Shown one piece after another: positions 27,301 to 36,200 of a stretch of DNA of 63,062 bases (the stretch's first letter is position 1; the number at the start of each line of letters is the position of its first letter). Origin of the DNA: a virus (lineage: Duplodnaviria; Caudoviricetes); IMG/VR virus record IMGVR_UViG_3300033429_000003, positions 1 to 63,062 of that record. One strand, written 5' to 3'. A program made the position numbers and the translations under genes. The notes under the pieces were generated by a model. That model was given only the letters and a program-made list of their open reading frames with translations. It ran no database searches and had not been told where the DNA came from.

Positions 27301-28772
27301 TTCCCATCGCGGTGGTGGACAATCTCGGTGCGGCACAGCTTGCGCCCAAGTACCCGCTCCATGACAACCCGGTGCTCCAAGCGTTGTACACGGTCAACGT
27401 AAATCAACCTGTACTGTGTGTTACCCCCAAGGGTTCTGGTATGCGCCATGAATCTGGGCATTACATTACGATCGTTGAGGGTCAAGAGAAAAAGGCAGCT
27501 GCTCATCTTGAGGAGCTCGCAGCAGACACCGCTTTGGGGGGCCTGTTCCAGGGAGAAGTAGATGGTGAGAAAGTGGCCAGCCGGCGTGGAGAGATCATGG
27601 CCTTCTATCTCGCAAGGGCGCGAGGGGAATCACCTACTCCCCCAGGAGGGGTAGATCGCCGAGGTGAGGTAGTATCCCACTACTTAGAGAAGACGGCTGA
27701 AAGCTTGAGGCTGGAAGACCTCTTTGACTCAGCTACTACGGAGAACTCGGTCAGAAGAGAGCGGACCTGGCGGGACAAGACCACGAACAAGGAGACCAAC
27801 GTCACCGGTTCGGGGATGGGTAGCTGGGAGAAGACGAAGACGGCGTCCGTCAAAGTCTGCAGCCCAATGGACCTCTACAAGCTGTCGACGGAGGACAAGG
27901 AGGCGGCGAAGAGGAAGTGGGCTGAGATCATAAAAGAGGTAGGCCCGAGTAAGGCAGTGGGGCAAACGTCACCGTTGCTGTCGGACTCGGAGCCCAGTAT
28001 TCCCCGAGAGGCACTAGATGCCATGGGGGCAAAGGGACTGGAGTCGGCTCTAGCAACTCCATCTCTCATGGGTATGGTACTGAAGCCGAAAGAGTTCCAG
28101 AGGATCTCTCTTGTCCATATGGGCAAGAAGGACCTAGCGGACCAGCTGGATGACGCGGGTGCATGCTTCAGGCCTCGAATGGGAGAGGAGGGTCCTTGTA
28201 CTAGCTTGGAGCCCCATCATGCGGACATGGATCTCTTGAAGATGCTATTGCCGCTCCTCTCCCAGCGCTCTTACTTTGGTCCGGTGGTGCGACGTCGCAT
28301 CATCCGCATCACCATGGTGAAGCCCAAGCCTCAGGTTCCGGAGCAGGAAGTAGATTCTCCTCTTCTCTCGAAAGTGGCATCTGCCTACAATTGGTATCGT
28401 CGAGAGCAGATGAAGGTAGCGACCGACTCTTTGGATAGGGTAACAGCCATCCCAGAGCTCCACGCTGCCATTTACGGGCTGGAGGATGCAGACCTGTTCA
28501 AGACGGCGGGGCTGCCAGACAGAACAACGATGGGGATGATGTTGGGGGCCATACCCCTCACGCTGATGTATTCAGCCCATCTCCGTTCTGAACAAGAGCA
28601 AGGAAGAGATGTTGGTACCATAGGGAGGTTCGTAGCAGATCATCCATGGCTTACGTCCATGGCGGCCGTATCTGGGACTCGGGCCCTTATGGAGACACCG
28701 GCGGTTAGGCAGCACATCGACGAGGGGATAGACAGGGCCGCAAGAGCGGGCCAAGCCCTTCGTGGTCACTGA
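24363..28772 (+). CDS. Prohead maturation protease polyprotein (protease, GNAT, inorganic-pyrophosphatase-like domain, C-terminal domain)
   Basis: NVNGDIF, VHHRN, VSMGC, CTCC, DISFV..GAD (HK97/assemblin-type protease with Zn insert); RRKGYGT...FYKESGF (GNAT); VENAPG..YG..DGDKLDVYVG..DEDK..GF (InPase-like). Confidence 0.8.
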   Translation: MITKLATFRGVTDRGDPLVQVFRQGSSVTKVAGNLMQPIQDWLGAYKSDSRKIAILVNALGASEFWGQNVNGDIFPESALIHDCRCHPGEQHPVDDFSGKVVPPYGYWTFLNAFPYVHHRNKDPTRAFGKVAVACWNPKMKRVELVVLIDRHLAMQHDAQHIVDRVDRGDYPDVSMGCRVPYDVCTCCGNKSKTRNDYCSCIKNIGMGKILDDGRQIGVVNTYPRFFDISFVFIGADKTAKMMCKLGSAGAPQSVLDAERVYNFEETPEGLIKAACGRKGGCSECPGKCKVAEPRIAGVSLEESDRILSGLRGAAAGAVQGHTPADAALKAARGAAKRIGLDKATRPASLKVKGVPKRMSQKREAQMAEKLLKKVSAEQSRFTAEVYSEGTGEPTQHKKLTKETEDGLSKTILRRFAPPPPSSQTVYGREDPQDDEGMRVLPTNENTPTDGVDDDTKLSSAVSHVLPHAVERVYHLRGHPETLENLDKQLLMMQAAGSWGASRGIRSSIDGDGHEWLKVKGAPGSLEKEKLKKEMDKSEVDVHSLKKEAKIVGEGGGTSSGEKTYLTEFRTGKRFKYGDDFIVEEMLPADSDIKRRKAYMLRSSKDGQLLAQTGTDDFGSYIRLAFQHTPKEHRRKGYGTSLLAAVGRLNPDKKFVAVPDPFMDRSASVEDLTKFYKESGFGVAGDYGDGRPLMVRASYNAARNYHKEKSAAFKMGPPPSPNRDKFPFVGTINFRGLLIYVENAPGTWRTGPGWKTLMKVPYGEFARSLGTDGDKLDVYVGPDRNCENVFIVHQNFVRGPKKGEYDEDKTLLGFSSPKDAKSAYLAHYDSPDFFGCMSMMPFSEFKRRLDRSKGGYVEHSEYSHPFEPSADRLHGNPELARDFVNSMFLFVEGRRLISVPKSALGARTVFTRGGKPPSGEYSEHRRGAYPELPRDLLDRKTLIPKNQRLLHRPKTRASVKTAVLGLSDYFQVVNGVVKPIPIAVVDNLGAAQLAPKYPLHDNPVLQALYTVNVNQPVLCVTPKGSGMRHESGHYITIVEGQEKKAAAHLEELAADTALGGLFQGEVDGEKVASRRGEIMAFYLARARGESPTPPGGVDRRGEVVSHYLEKTAESLRLEDLFDSATTENSVRRERTWRDKTTNKETNVTGSGMGSWEKTKTASVKVCSPMDLYKLSTEDKEAAKRKWAEIIKEVGPSKAVGQTSPLLSDSEPSIPREALDAMGAKGLESALATPSLMGMVLKPKEFQRISLVHMGKKDLADQLDDAGACFRPRMGEEGPCTSLEPHHADMDLLKMLLPLLSQRSYFGPVVRRRIIRITMVKPKPQVPEQEVDSPLLSKVASAYNWYRREQMKVATDSLDRVTAIPELHAAIYGLEDADLFKTAGLPDRTTMGMMLGAIPLTLMYSAHLRSEQEQGRDVGTIGRFVADHPWLTSMAAVSGTRALMETPAVRQHIDEGIDRAARAGQALRGH
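26940..27461 (-). CDS. HNH homing endonuclease with two HTH domains, nested antisense in the protease gene
   Basis: EHRVVME..LGR.L...EIVHHRDGNGLNN..NL....SEH; SIEKVARKLGVS and TIDEIASKFGVT HTHs. Start 27461 or 27449. Confidence 0.88.
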   Translation of the reverse strand: MPRFMAHTRTLGGNTQYRLIYVDRVQRLEHRVVMERVLGRKLCRTEIVHHRDGNGLNNAVDNLEIITQSEHRRLHGGPRLWSMEEALVLWDEGLSIEKVARKLGVSTSAVFRVFSRRGLPTSRENRTCPERRLWDRDEAAALYKEKHTIDEIASKFGVTVQAIRAGFKRMGIL

Positions 28773-28869
28773 AAGAAGGCAGCCGAGGCATGAGAGGAAA
28801 ATTCATCCTTGATGATGTGCCAGGCGTTACTGGGAACGATACTTCCATTAAAACATCAAGGAGACCGTT

Positions 28870-29781
28870 GTGATGAACGAGTTCCTGGCAGAAATGTACA
28901 ACACCCGCGAGAACATTGGTGCGGAGGGCAGCGCCAGCGACATCGAGAAGATGGCGGAAGCCCAAATCCTCTCTGACGAGCTGGCCGCCGAGGGCTATGA
29001 TGCCAGCCAACTTCCCTCTGAAACCCTCATGAAGGTCGCCTACGAATTGTGGGGCGAGGACAGTGCCATCGTCAAGTCTGCGGCGGAAGGCATGAAGGCC
29101 GAGGAGGAAGAGGAGGAAGAGGAGGAGGAGGAAGAGGGTGAGGAGAAAGAAGGCTCCTTCGAGACGAAAGTCGCCGAAGCTGACTTCCTGGGCCGCGTGA
29201 TGGCTCACTCGTTCGTCAACGAGCAAAACTCCATGGAGAAGGAAGCTCTGGGGAAGGCTCAGGCGGCTAAGGCCGTCCGGTCCATTTTCGGCGGCGGCGG
29301 CAACATCTCCCCAAGGGCGGCTAAGGCGTTTGAGAGCGCCACCAAGGCAGAGCGCGCAGCGGCTCGTTCCGCGGGGGCATACGGGGGCGCGGCAAGGGCC
29401 GGCAGTGGCGCCAGTGGGGCTACGAATATTGGCCCCACGGTCAAAGAGCGGCTCCAACAGTTTGCCAAGACGGCCCCGGGCCGGGCTAAGGAGAAGGGCC
29501 TTGCAGCCGGCAAGAAGAGCTGGGAGCACGTCAAGGCCAACAAGGGCAAGTACATGGCCGGCGGCGCCGGCGGTGCAGGGGCCTTGGGTCTGGCCGGAGG
29601 GGCGTACGCTCTTGGCAAGAAGAAGGCAGCCTCGGCTCTCGACGCCCTGGCTGAGCAGCGCGCCATGGAGATGCTGAAGGAAGCCGGCTACGAAACGGAG
29701 AGCGAGGAGGACCGTCTCAAGGAAGCGGTCGACCATCGTGCCCTGGAGATGCTGGCGGAAGCGGGATACCTCAAGGAGTAG
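28870..29781 (+). CDS. Scaffold-like protein with poly-Glu tract and Gly-zipper insert
   Basis: AAGGAG RBS; acidic helices with K-x-A sites; duplicated RAxEMLxEAGY. Confidence 0.6.
   Translation: MMNEFLAEMYNTRENIGAEGSASDIEKMAEAQILSDELAAEGYDASQLPSETLMKVAYELWGEDSAIVKSAAEGMKAEEEEEEEEEEEEGEEKEGSFETKVAEADFLGRVMAHSFVNEQNSMEKEALGKAQAAKAVRSIFGGGGNISPRAAKAFESATKAERAAARSAGAYGGAARAGSGASGATNIGPTVKERLQQFAKTAPGRAKEKGLAAGKKSWEHVKANKGKYMAGGAGGAGALGLAGGAYALGKKKAASALDALAEQRAMEMLKEAGYETESEEDRLKEAVDHRALEMLAEAGYLKE
29101..29145 (+). repeat. (GAG/GAA)n poly-Glu coding tract
   Basis: gaggaggaagaggaggaagaggaggaggaggaagagggtgaggag. Confidence 0.8.
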
Positions 29782-29787
29782 GCGGCA

Positions 29788-30027
29788 ATGAACCCTGAGA
29801 TGCTAGCAGCGTTCGCGGATGAGTTGGCAAAGGTGGCCGCCTTGAACATCGCGGTTCCACAGCCGGCTTCCCCTGCCAAACCGCCGCCATCGCCCGGCAT
29901 CAGTATGGGGAAGAATCCGGCTGCCAAGCCCACGAACTATTCCGTTGTCCACTCCGTGTCCCCTCCGGCAGCATTCGGGTCGTCAGCCCCTGCAAAGGCT
30001 ACGCCCCCGCCACCGGTTAGGACCTGA
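29788..30027 (+). CDS. Small Pro-rich protein with AFADELAKVA leader
   Basis: MNPEMLAAFADELAKVAA. Confidence 0.65.
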   Translation: MNPEMLAAFADELAKVAALNIAVPQPASPAKPPPSPGISMGKNPAAKPTNYSVVHSVSPPAAFGSSAPAKATPPPPVRT

Positions 30028-30041
30028 GAAGGAGACCGAGC

Positions 30042-31712
30042 ATGCGAAAGTCAGTCTTTGAAATGGTCGGCGAGGTTCTCCAGGAGTCGCGCGAGAAGCT
30101 TGAGAAGGAAGCTTCTGCGGCCCCCGAGAATCCTCCGGTCAGCTTCGACGACGATGCCGGCTCCTCTGAGAAGATTGCGGGTCACTACACCTTGGAGGAT
30201 CTTGACAAGATCTCTGCAGCGTGTGACCACTTGGCGGACAACCTCCACCTTGTGGTCGACGACCGAACTCCTCAAGAGAAGCTGGCGGAATACGCCCTCA
30301 TCCACCAGGCCCTCACCAAGAAGGCCTTTGAGGGTGGGGACAAAGCCCACCAGACACAGCAAGCCAACCCCGAGAGCGATCCACCGACCAACCCGCCCCT
30401 GGATTCAGGGGGGGTGAACCCGGGTGGGCCGTCATCGGCAATGGCTGCGGGTGAGACCAACACCCCTGGCACGTCACTCGACGCCGGTGAGTCAGGTCAG
30501 GCTACGCCTGGCAACATGCCTGACAAGGTGACGGCGCCTTCGGAGAAGCCGAATCCTTTGGATGCCGGTAATGCGATGGCGACCAACAAAGAGATGATGA
30601 TGCCGGAGCAGCCTGAGGATGTCCTCAAGCAGGCGGCCGCCGCCCGCAAAGCAGAGCTCGTGGAAGCCATGAAGAAGGAGTCCATGGGCTGGATGATGCG
30701 GATGGGCGGTAGGGGACTCAGAGCTGCGGGCGGGGCTGCTGCGAAGAGGTCTTCGCAAGTGAAATCGCTAGCGCGGAAGGCTCAGGCGTCCGGAGGGGCG
30801 GCTGCAGCTCCTAAGCGCATGACCATGGGGGAAGCCTTCAAGCCGGTTGGCGCCATGCCTAAGGCGGCGTCGGCGGCTGAGGTTCTGAAGTGGAAGTACG
30901 CTCAGGCCAGGGCCAAGTTGGCTGAGGACGCCATCAACCCAGCCACTATCTCCAGCGGGACGGCACCCCTACTTCAGTCCAACCCTGGTTCCCCCAGTGT
31001 GCATAGCCAGGGGTCTGAGGTGGGCGTCAACACCCCAAGGGAAACGGCGCCGACGACCGGTGAGGCTTCCGGCCGTCAGCACCTGCAGAGCAATGAGTCG
31101 GCCATTGCAGCGACGAAGGGCGGCACCAAAAAGCCCAACGTCCTGTCGGCCATGAATGAGCTGCTCACGGAGCCGGCGATGTCGTCGGCTCACGACAAAA
31201 CGCTCCAGCAGTCGCTGGATAACGCCTCCGGAGCAGGCGTGAAAATTTCTGCGGCGAGGGAGCTCATTGAGCGGTTTGCCAACCAATCGCTTGAGCACAG
31301 GCACTACGTGGACTCACTCGTGAAGCGAGCCGAGGGTGAGGAGGCGGCGGCAACGACCGGCGCAGATTCTGAGGTACCGCCAGAAGCGGCGATGCCTCCA
31401 GAAGCTGCGGGCGGGGAGTTGCCCGTCTCTGAGGAGGCCCTGCAAGCGGCGGCGGCGGGAGTGAACCCGGAGGACCTGGCGCAGGCGAAGGTGCTTTTGG
31501 ACGCCGCTGCTGAAGAGGAAGCTGCTGCAGCCGAGGCTGCTCCGGCTGCTCCTCCACCGGCAGCGCCCCCAGTAGCACCGCCGGCAGCCGCCCCTGGGGA
31601 GGAAGAGAAGGTCAGCCAAGGCATGATGGGTGGGTTGTCGGGCGCCGGTATGGGCTCGGTGGACTCAGCCAGTGCCAACGCTGGGGCTTCGACGCCTCCT
31701 CCGACGATGTAG
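30042..31712 (+). CDS. Scaffold-like low-complexity protein
   Basis: AAGGAG RBS; many K-x-A/S sites; upstream of capsid genes. Confidence 0.6.
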   Translation: MRKSVFEMVGEVLQESREKLEKEASAAPENPPVSFDDDAGSSEKIAGHYTLEDLDKISAACDHLADNLHLVVDDRTPQEKLAEYALIHQALTKKAFEGGDKAHQTQQANPESDPPTNPPLDSGGVNPGGPSSAMAAGETNTPGTSLDAGESGQATPGNMPDKVTAPSEKPNPLDAGNAMATNKEMMMPEQPEDVLKQAAAARKAELVEAMKKESMGWMMRMGGRGLRAAGGAAAKRSSQVKSLARKAQASGGAAAAPKRMTMGEAFKPVGAMPKAASAAEVLKWKYAQARAKLAEDAINPATISSGTAPLLQSNPGSPSVHSQGSEVGVNTPRETAPTTGEASGRQHLQSNESAIAATKGGTKKPNVLSAMNELLTEPAMSSAHDKTLQQSLDNASGAGVKISAARELIERFANQSLEHRHYVDSLVKRAEGEEAAATTGADSEVPPEAAMPPEAAGGELPVSEEALQAAAAGVNPEDLAQAKVLLDAAAEEEAAAAEAAPAAPPPAAPPVAPPAAAPGEEEKVSQGMMGGLSGAGMGSVDSASANAGASTPPPTM

Positions 31713-31737
31713 GCCCACGTCAGAAGGAGATACGGCC

Positions 31738-32088
31738 ATGGAAAAGATCAGTTCTCAGGACGCAAAGGCCCTCCTCAAGACGGCGGGGGCCGCGATCCGG
31801 GCAGTGACTGAGGAGAACGCTTCTCTTCGAGAGAAGGTGGCGTCCTACGAGCGTTACACCCGAGTCGAGAAGATTGCCCGGGACATGGAGGACAAGGGTT
31901 TGAACCCAGACCTCGACTTTCAGCAGAAGGTCGCGGCTCTGAGTCACGCCCAGAACCTCGATGTCACCGAGGAAGCCATCAAGATGGCCGCCCCACAGGG
32001 TCGGGTCTTGGGCGACGTCGGTGAGGTGCCGGGGCAGGGGATGAGTTCCTTCGAGTCCTACATTATGACCGGTGAAGACCCGGCGTAG
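31738..32088 (+). CDS. Coiled-coil scaffold-like protein
   Basis: AAGGAG RBS at MEKISS; KTA, KVA, KIA, KVA, KMA. Confidence 0.65.
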   Translation: MEKISSQDAKALLKTAGAAIRAVTEENASLREKVASYERYTRVEKIARDMEDKGLNPDLDFQQKVAALSHAQNLDVTEEAIKMAAPQGRVLGDVGEVPGQGMSSFESYIMTGEDPA

Positions 32089-32121
32089 GCTCGACGCAGA
32101 AACCACGGAGGTAAAAGACTC

Positions 32122-32592
32122 ATGTTGGACTTCGATCTCAAGAGCGAGTTCCAGACGATCCAGCGCCGATCCTTCGAGCTGGCGACGCCTGCAATCCTCA
32201 ACCCGAACAACGCCAACCCAATCGTTATGGGCGAGTTCCTGCAGCTCGACACGGCGTACAAGATGGCGCGTGGTTCGGCGGATGGTCTGTTGCCGGCGTT
32301 CTGCTACTTTGCGGAGCAGGGTCGGTACGAGACCCAGGCCATTCAGAAGGGCCCGTTCCTCTACCTGGGGGCCTACGAGGCAGACACCAAGATCATGGAC
32401 ACCACCCTGGAGGCGACCATCACTGCCGTTGGGCAGGCCCTGATGGTCAACGACGTCTCCATCGGTGGCGTGAACAAGCGTGGTCTGAGCGCCCTGCCTG
32501 CTAGTCCGGCGGGGACAGAGTACGTCGTCGGTTTCGTCACGAGGCTGCCGGCCAACAACAACGGCTACCTGCGGTTCATCCGTACGCTGTAG
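32122..32592 (+). CDS. Probable capsid decoration/cement protein
   Basis: 156-aa beta-rich protein directly before the capsid gene; GGAGG RBS. Confidence 0.6.
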   Translation: MLDFDLKSEFQTIQRRSFELATPAILNPNNANPIVMGEFLQLDTAYKMARGSADGLLPAFCYFAEQGRYETQAIQKGPFLYLGAYEADTKIMDTTLEATITAVGQALMVNDVSIGGVNKRGLSALPASPAGTEYVVGFVTRLPANNNGYLRFIRTL

Positions 32593-32649
32593 CAGAACTG
32601 TAGGACCGTTGGCTGAGTAACCCTCGAAGGAACCCAAAGGAGTAACCCG

Positions 32650-33765
32650 ATGAGTATCGTTCAAGCAAGCATCGAGCTCTTCAATCAGCGGCTCGATAGC
32701 CAGGAAGGCAAGACCAAGATTGCAGAACTGGGCGGGTCCTGGATCCGTGACAGGCTGCGTGAAGTGGCGTACTCGCGTCACATCTTGCCGCCAGAGCAAG
32801 TCACCCGTGCCGACTGCCAGCGCTCGGTCAACCACGACACGTTGGTCAAGATCGTGGACGTCGAGCCCCAGAGCCGTGCCATGGCTATCACGTTCCGTGA
32901 CCAGCCGACGGCTCGGTTCATCCGTGGCCCCAAGGCGGAGATCCCCTTCTTCACCATCTCCTCGGAGAAGTTCGAGAAGACGGAGCAGGAGCTCCTCGCC
33001 TACGAGATGCCCATCACCAAGGTCATCGAAGACAACTCGGTGAAGGACATCCAGGAGATCGAGGACCATCAGTTCACCCGTCACATCGAGACGGCGGTCC
33101 AAGCTCTCCAGCTGGAAGTCAACGGCACAGGCACGGGCTACAACGCCACGGCCGTCAGGGCCGGCACAGAGGTGGCAGTGTCCATCGTCAAGGGCGAGCT
33201 TGCCCTGGCGGCGGACGGTATCACCTTCACCGACTTCCCCATCCAGCGCCCGGACTTCGTGGCCCTCTTCAAGCTGCTCGACAACAACCGCTTGCGGTCG
33301 GAGCGAGTGCTCATCACAGAGGGTGACCACGACGACGTGCTGCAGTGGACCACGGAAGACTTCGGCGACAAGATTGCGTCGGAGACGGTGGTCGACGGCT
33401 ACAAGTACAACACGCTGCTCGGCCGCAAGGTCGTCCGGACCATCAAGACGGACATCCTCCGGGTCGGCAACGTGTACTGCTTCGCCGCTCCACAGTTCTT
33501 CGGCAAGTTCTACATCCTCAACAACACCAAGTTCTACATCGACAAGATCGCCAACGTCATCACCTGGCAGAGCTGGGAAGACATCGGCATGGGCTTGGTC
33601 AACATCTCCGCCGTGCGCAAGCTCGAGCTCTACAGAGGCTCGGTCAAGCCGTCCGACACCGACACCGGCTTCGCAGCCAAACTGCCGCTGGCGGAAGAGG
33701 ATCTTGGCGCAGAAAACAATCGGGTTGATCAGGGGCTCCATTACCCTGACGTGCAACAATACTAG
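32650..33765 (+). CDS. Major capsid protein (HK97 fold)
   Basis: 371 aa, strong codon bias, AAGGAG RBS; IRDRLRE..SRHILPP, IPFFTISS, DIQEIED patterns; canonical position. Confidence 0.8.
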   Translation: MSIVQASIELFNQRLDSQEGKTKIAELGGSWIRDRLREVAYSRHILPPEQVTRADCQRSVNHDTLVKIVDVEPQSRAMAITFRDQPTARFIRGPKAEIPFFTISSEKFEKTEQELLAYEMPITKVIEDNSVKDIQEIEDHQFTRHIETAVQALQLEVNGTGTGYNATAVRAGTEVAVSIVKGELALAADGITFTDFPIQRPDFVALFKLLDNNRLRSERVLITEGDHDDVLQWTTEDFGDKIASETVVDGYKYNTLLGRKVVRTIKTDILRVGNVYCFAAPQFFGKFYILNNTKFYIDKIANVITWQSWEDIGMGLVNISAVRKLELYRGSVKPSDTDTGFAAKLPLAEEDLGAENNRVDQGLHYPDVQQY

Positions 33766-33859
33766 CAATTCCGGGTAGTTAGGCACACGGGAGGTTTGGT
33801 TGTTTTCAGACTGCTAGCAGTTATTGACGACACCACTCCCGTGTGCTAGCCCGGGGTTC

Positions 33860-34699
33860 ATGAAAACTTGCTCAACTTGCTCTAAGAGTCTTCCGGATGA
33901 CGCTTTCTACGCTAAGTACAATCAGTGCAAAGTCTGCAGGAAGAAGAAGGCAGACGAGCGTAGGGAGCGCCTCAAAGCGCTCGGTTCCTGTCCTCGGTGT
34001 AGGAAACCTACGGGCGACGGAAAGCACGTCCTGTGCGCTAGCTGCCAAGAGTACGGCAAGTTCTACTACCGCCAGAAACACGGCCTGTCTGAGCGGGACA
34101 AGATCCTGCAGGGCGCTCCTCCGGGCACCCGGTACTGCACGACGTGTGAGGACTACCTCCCCCTGGAGGAGTTCCATGCTAGTGACAATCGGGGGGTCAC
34201 AAGGTGTGCACGCTGCAAGGCCAAGAAGGTTGCTGAGTACCATCAGCGTCTCAAGGAAGACCGCAGGTGTTACCACTGCCGAGTGCCTCTTGAGGAGGAT
34301 GACGAGAGCCTCTGTGACCTTTGCAGGGCTCGAGCCCGTAAGAGGTACCACGAGAATGGGGACGAGCGCAGGGCTGGGAACAGGGAGCGTAAGCGTCGAC
34401 TCAAGGCTCTGGTGTTCGACGCTTACGGTGGCCCAAAGTGCGTCTGCTGCGGCGAGGAGACCTTGGACTTCTTGTCCATCGACCACATCAATGACGATGG
34501 GGCCGACCACCGTAGGAAGTTGAAAGAGAGGCACGGCTACACCATGGACATGTACCGCTGGCTCAAGAACCATAACTTCCCGGAGGGGTTCCAGGTCCTG
34601 TGCTTCAACTGCAATTTCGCCAAGGGCCATTTTGGCATTTGCCCGCATGAAGTTGAGCGCCGCCGGGCGAACATGAGAACGGTTAGGAGTAACCTGTGA
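33860..34699 (+). CDS. Free-standing HNH endonuclease with multiple Zn fingers
   Basis: Repeated CxxC; YGGPKCVCCG...SIDHI...VLCFNCNFAKG. Confidence 0.88.
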   Translation: MKTCSTCSKSLPDDAFYAKYNQCKVCRKKKADERRERLKALGSCPRCRKPTGDGKHVLCASCQEYGKFYYRQKHGLSERDKILQGAPPGTRYCTTCEDYLPLEEFHASDNRGVTRCARCKAKKVAEYHQRLKEDRRCYHCRVPLEEDDESLCDLCRARARKRYHENGDERRAGNRERKRRLKALVFDAYGGPKCVCCGEETLDFLSIDHINDDGADHRRKLKERHGYTMDMYRWLKNHNFPEGFQVLCFNCNFAKGHFGICPHEVERRRANMRTVRSNL

Positions 34700-34718
34700 C
34701 TTTTGAAGGAGACCCCAG

Positions 34719-35276
34719 ATGACATCTGCTGCGAGTCCCGAGAAGACGGAGGCCATTAGCGTGGTCGACGCGGTCAATTGGGCACGAGAGGACGGCTACG
34801 TCCTAGTGCGTCACATGTGCCGCAGCCCTCTTACTCGAACCAAACGAGCAGCCCGCGCCGGTCATCGCCGGCAGGGCGTGGTGCTTGCGCATGGCAAGCG
34901 CATCCGCAAGAGGAGTCGCCGCCAGCTGGACGTGGTTGGGCTGGCCGAGCTCATTGCGGGCGCTGAACGGGTGCTGGAGTACGTTCGGGTTGGGACGTTG
35001 GAGGTCTGCGACCCCCGAACCATCACAGTCATCCCCTACGAGATGCTCCCTGCACTTCTCTGCCCGGGTGCGGCTGTCCAACCTGCGCCTCCCCCAGCGT
35101 CCAAGCCTCCTCCACCCCCGGCGGCCGAAGGGTACACGGAGGAGGAGCTCGAGAAGAAGACTCGAGGCGAGCTCAACAAGATCGCAATGGAGTTTGGTAT
35201 CAAGGAACCTGACAGGCTGCCCAACAAACCTGCAGTCATTGACGCCATCTTCACCGCGTCCACTGGAGAGGAGTGA
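34719..35276 (+). CDS. Hypothetical protein with C-terminal Rho-N/HeH-like motif
   Basis: ELEKKTRGELNKIAMEFGI...KPAVIDAI after a Pro linker. Confidence 0.6.
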   Translation: MTSAASPEKTEAISVVDAVNWAREDGYVLVRHMCRSPLTRTKRAARAGHRRQGVVLAHGKRIRKRSRRQLDVVGLAELIAGAERVLEYVRVGTLEVCDPRTITVIPYEMLPALLCPGAAVQPAPPPASKPPPPPAAEGYTEEELEKKTRGELNKIAMEFGIKEPDRLPNKPAVIDAIFTASTGEE

Positions 35277-35281
35277 GAGCC

Positions 35282-35665
35282 ATGGCACAGAAGGTCTGGA
35301 ATGTCAGTGATGACCCGAGTACCGAGGTTCCGGCACGAACCCTCATGGTCCTCGGGAAAACCGTCCTGCCTGGCCGCTTCATCTACGTGGATGACAAACG
35401 GCTGGCGCGGGCCCACAAGGTCAAGAAGGATGTCGAGGCTGGTCTACTCTTCGTAGGGCCCCGGCTACCGGCGAACTACCTGGCCTCCAAACAGTCTAAG
35501 GTCCACCTCAAGATGCCCGCCGGCCACAAGCGAGCCCACGGGCCCGATAAGGTCGCCCCTAAAGTCAAGGCGGCCAAACCGGCGAAGCCAGCCCCCGAGG
35601 CCCCGCCGCCGCCGAAGGTTGGGAAGACTGAGGACAAGAAGAAAGACAAGTCCTGGAAGGAGTAG
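35282..35665 (+). CDS. Hypothetical basic protein
   Basis: GAGGAG RBS; operon packing. Confidence 0.6.
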   Translation: MAQKVWNVSDDPSTEVPARTLMVLGKTVLPGRFIYVDDKRLARAHKVKKDVEAGLLFVGPRLPANYLASKQSKVHLKMPAGHKRAHGPDKVAPKVKAAKPAKPAPEAPPPPKVGKTEDKKKDKSWKE

Positions 35666-35668
35666 CCC

Positions 35669-36157
35669 GTGGCGGTCAGCTTGAACGACCCCAACCTCGT
35701 GATGCTGGCGGCCTACGCCCGTGAGTTCATGAGGGACCATCCGGAGCTCAATCGGCTGACCGCTGGCTACGACCATAGTACGCGGCTCCTGAAATGGGCG
35801 GTGCTCGACACGCTCAGTGACTGGTCGAGCACCCCTCCATTTCTTGGTCAGGACCTTAGCTTGGTCGTAGAACGGAACTTCGTCAGCATCTTCACGCGTG
35901 GTGTCGTCATCACAGCCCTGGAGTCGCTGGGTATCCTTCACATGCGCAACCACCTCTCCTACTCTGACGGCGGGGTGAACGTGCAGACGGAGAACCCTCA
36001 GATGATTCAGGCCTGGCTGCAGATGATGAAGGGTGAGTACGAGAACAAGAAACAGAGGGCTCTGATAGCTCTTAACTTGGAGAACGCCCTGAGCACGCAA
36101 ACACACGGAGTTCACTCGGAATTGTATTTTGTGAACAGTTTCTACGGTCTTTTGTGA
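35669..36157 (+). CDS. Putative head-tail adaptor/neck protein
   Basis: Helical; YSDGGVNV motif; lies after the capsid gene. Confidence 0.55.
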   Translation: MAVSLNDPNLVMLAAYAREFMRDHPELNRLTAGYDHSTRLLKWAVLDTLSDWSSTPPFLGQDLSLVVERNFVSIFTRGVVITALESLGILHMRNHLSYSDGGVNVQTENPQMIQAWLQMMKGEYENKKQRALIALNLENALSTQTHGVHSELYFVNSFYGLL

Positions 36158-36200
36158 AACAGTTTCTTTGACAACTATCACTTTGGCCAGGGGATAAACG

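Noticed and set aside
28705-29736. 343-aa - strand ORF and similar antisense ORFs across structural genes
   Set aside because: GC-rich antisense shadows; unlike 26940-27461 they have no domain motifs.
31720-33786. 688-aa - strand ORF
   Set aside because: Codon-aligned antisense shadow of the strongly biased capsid-region genes; no recognisable motifs.
33872-34777. 301-aa - strand ORF
   Set aside because: Shadow of the + strand HNH gene.
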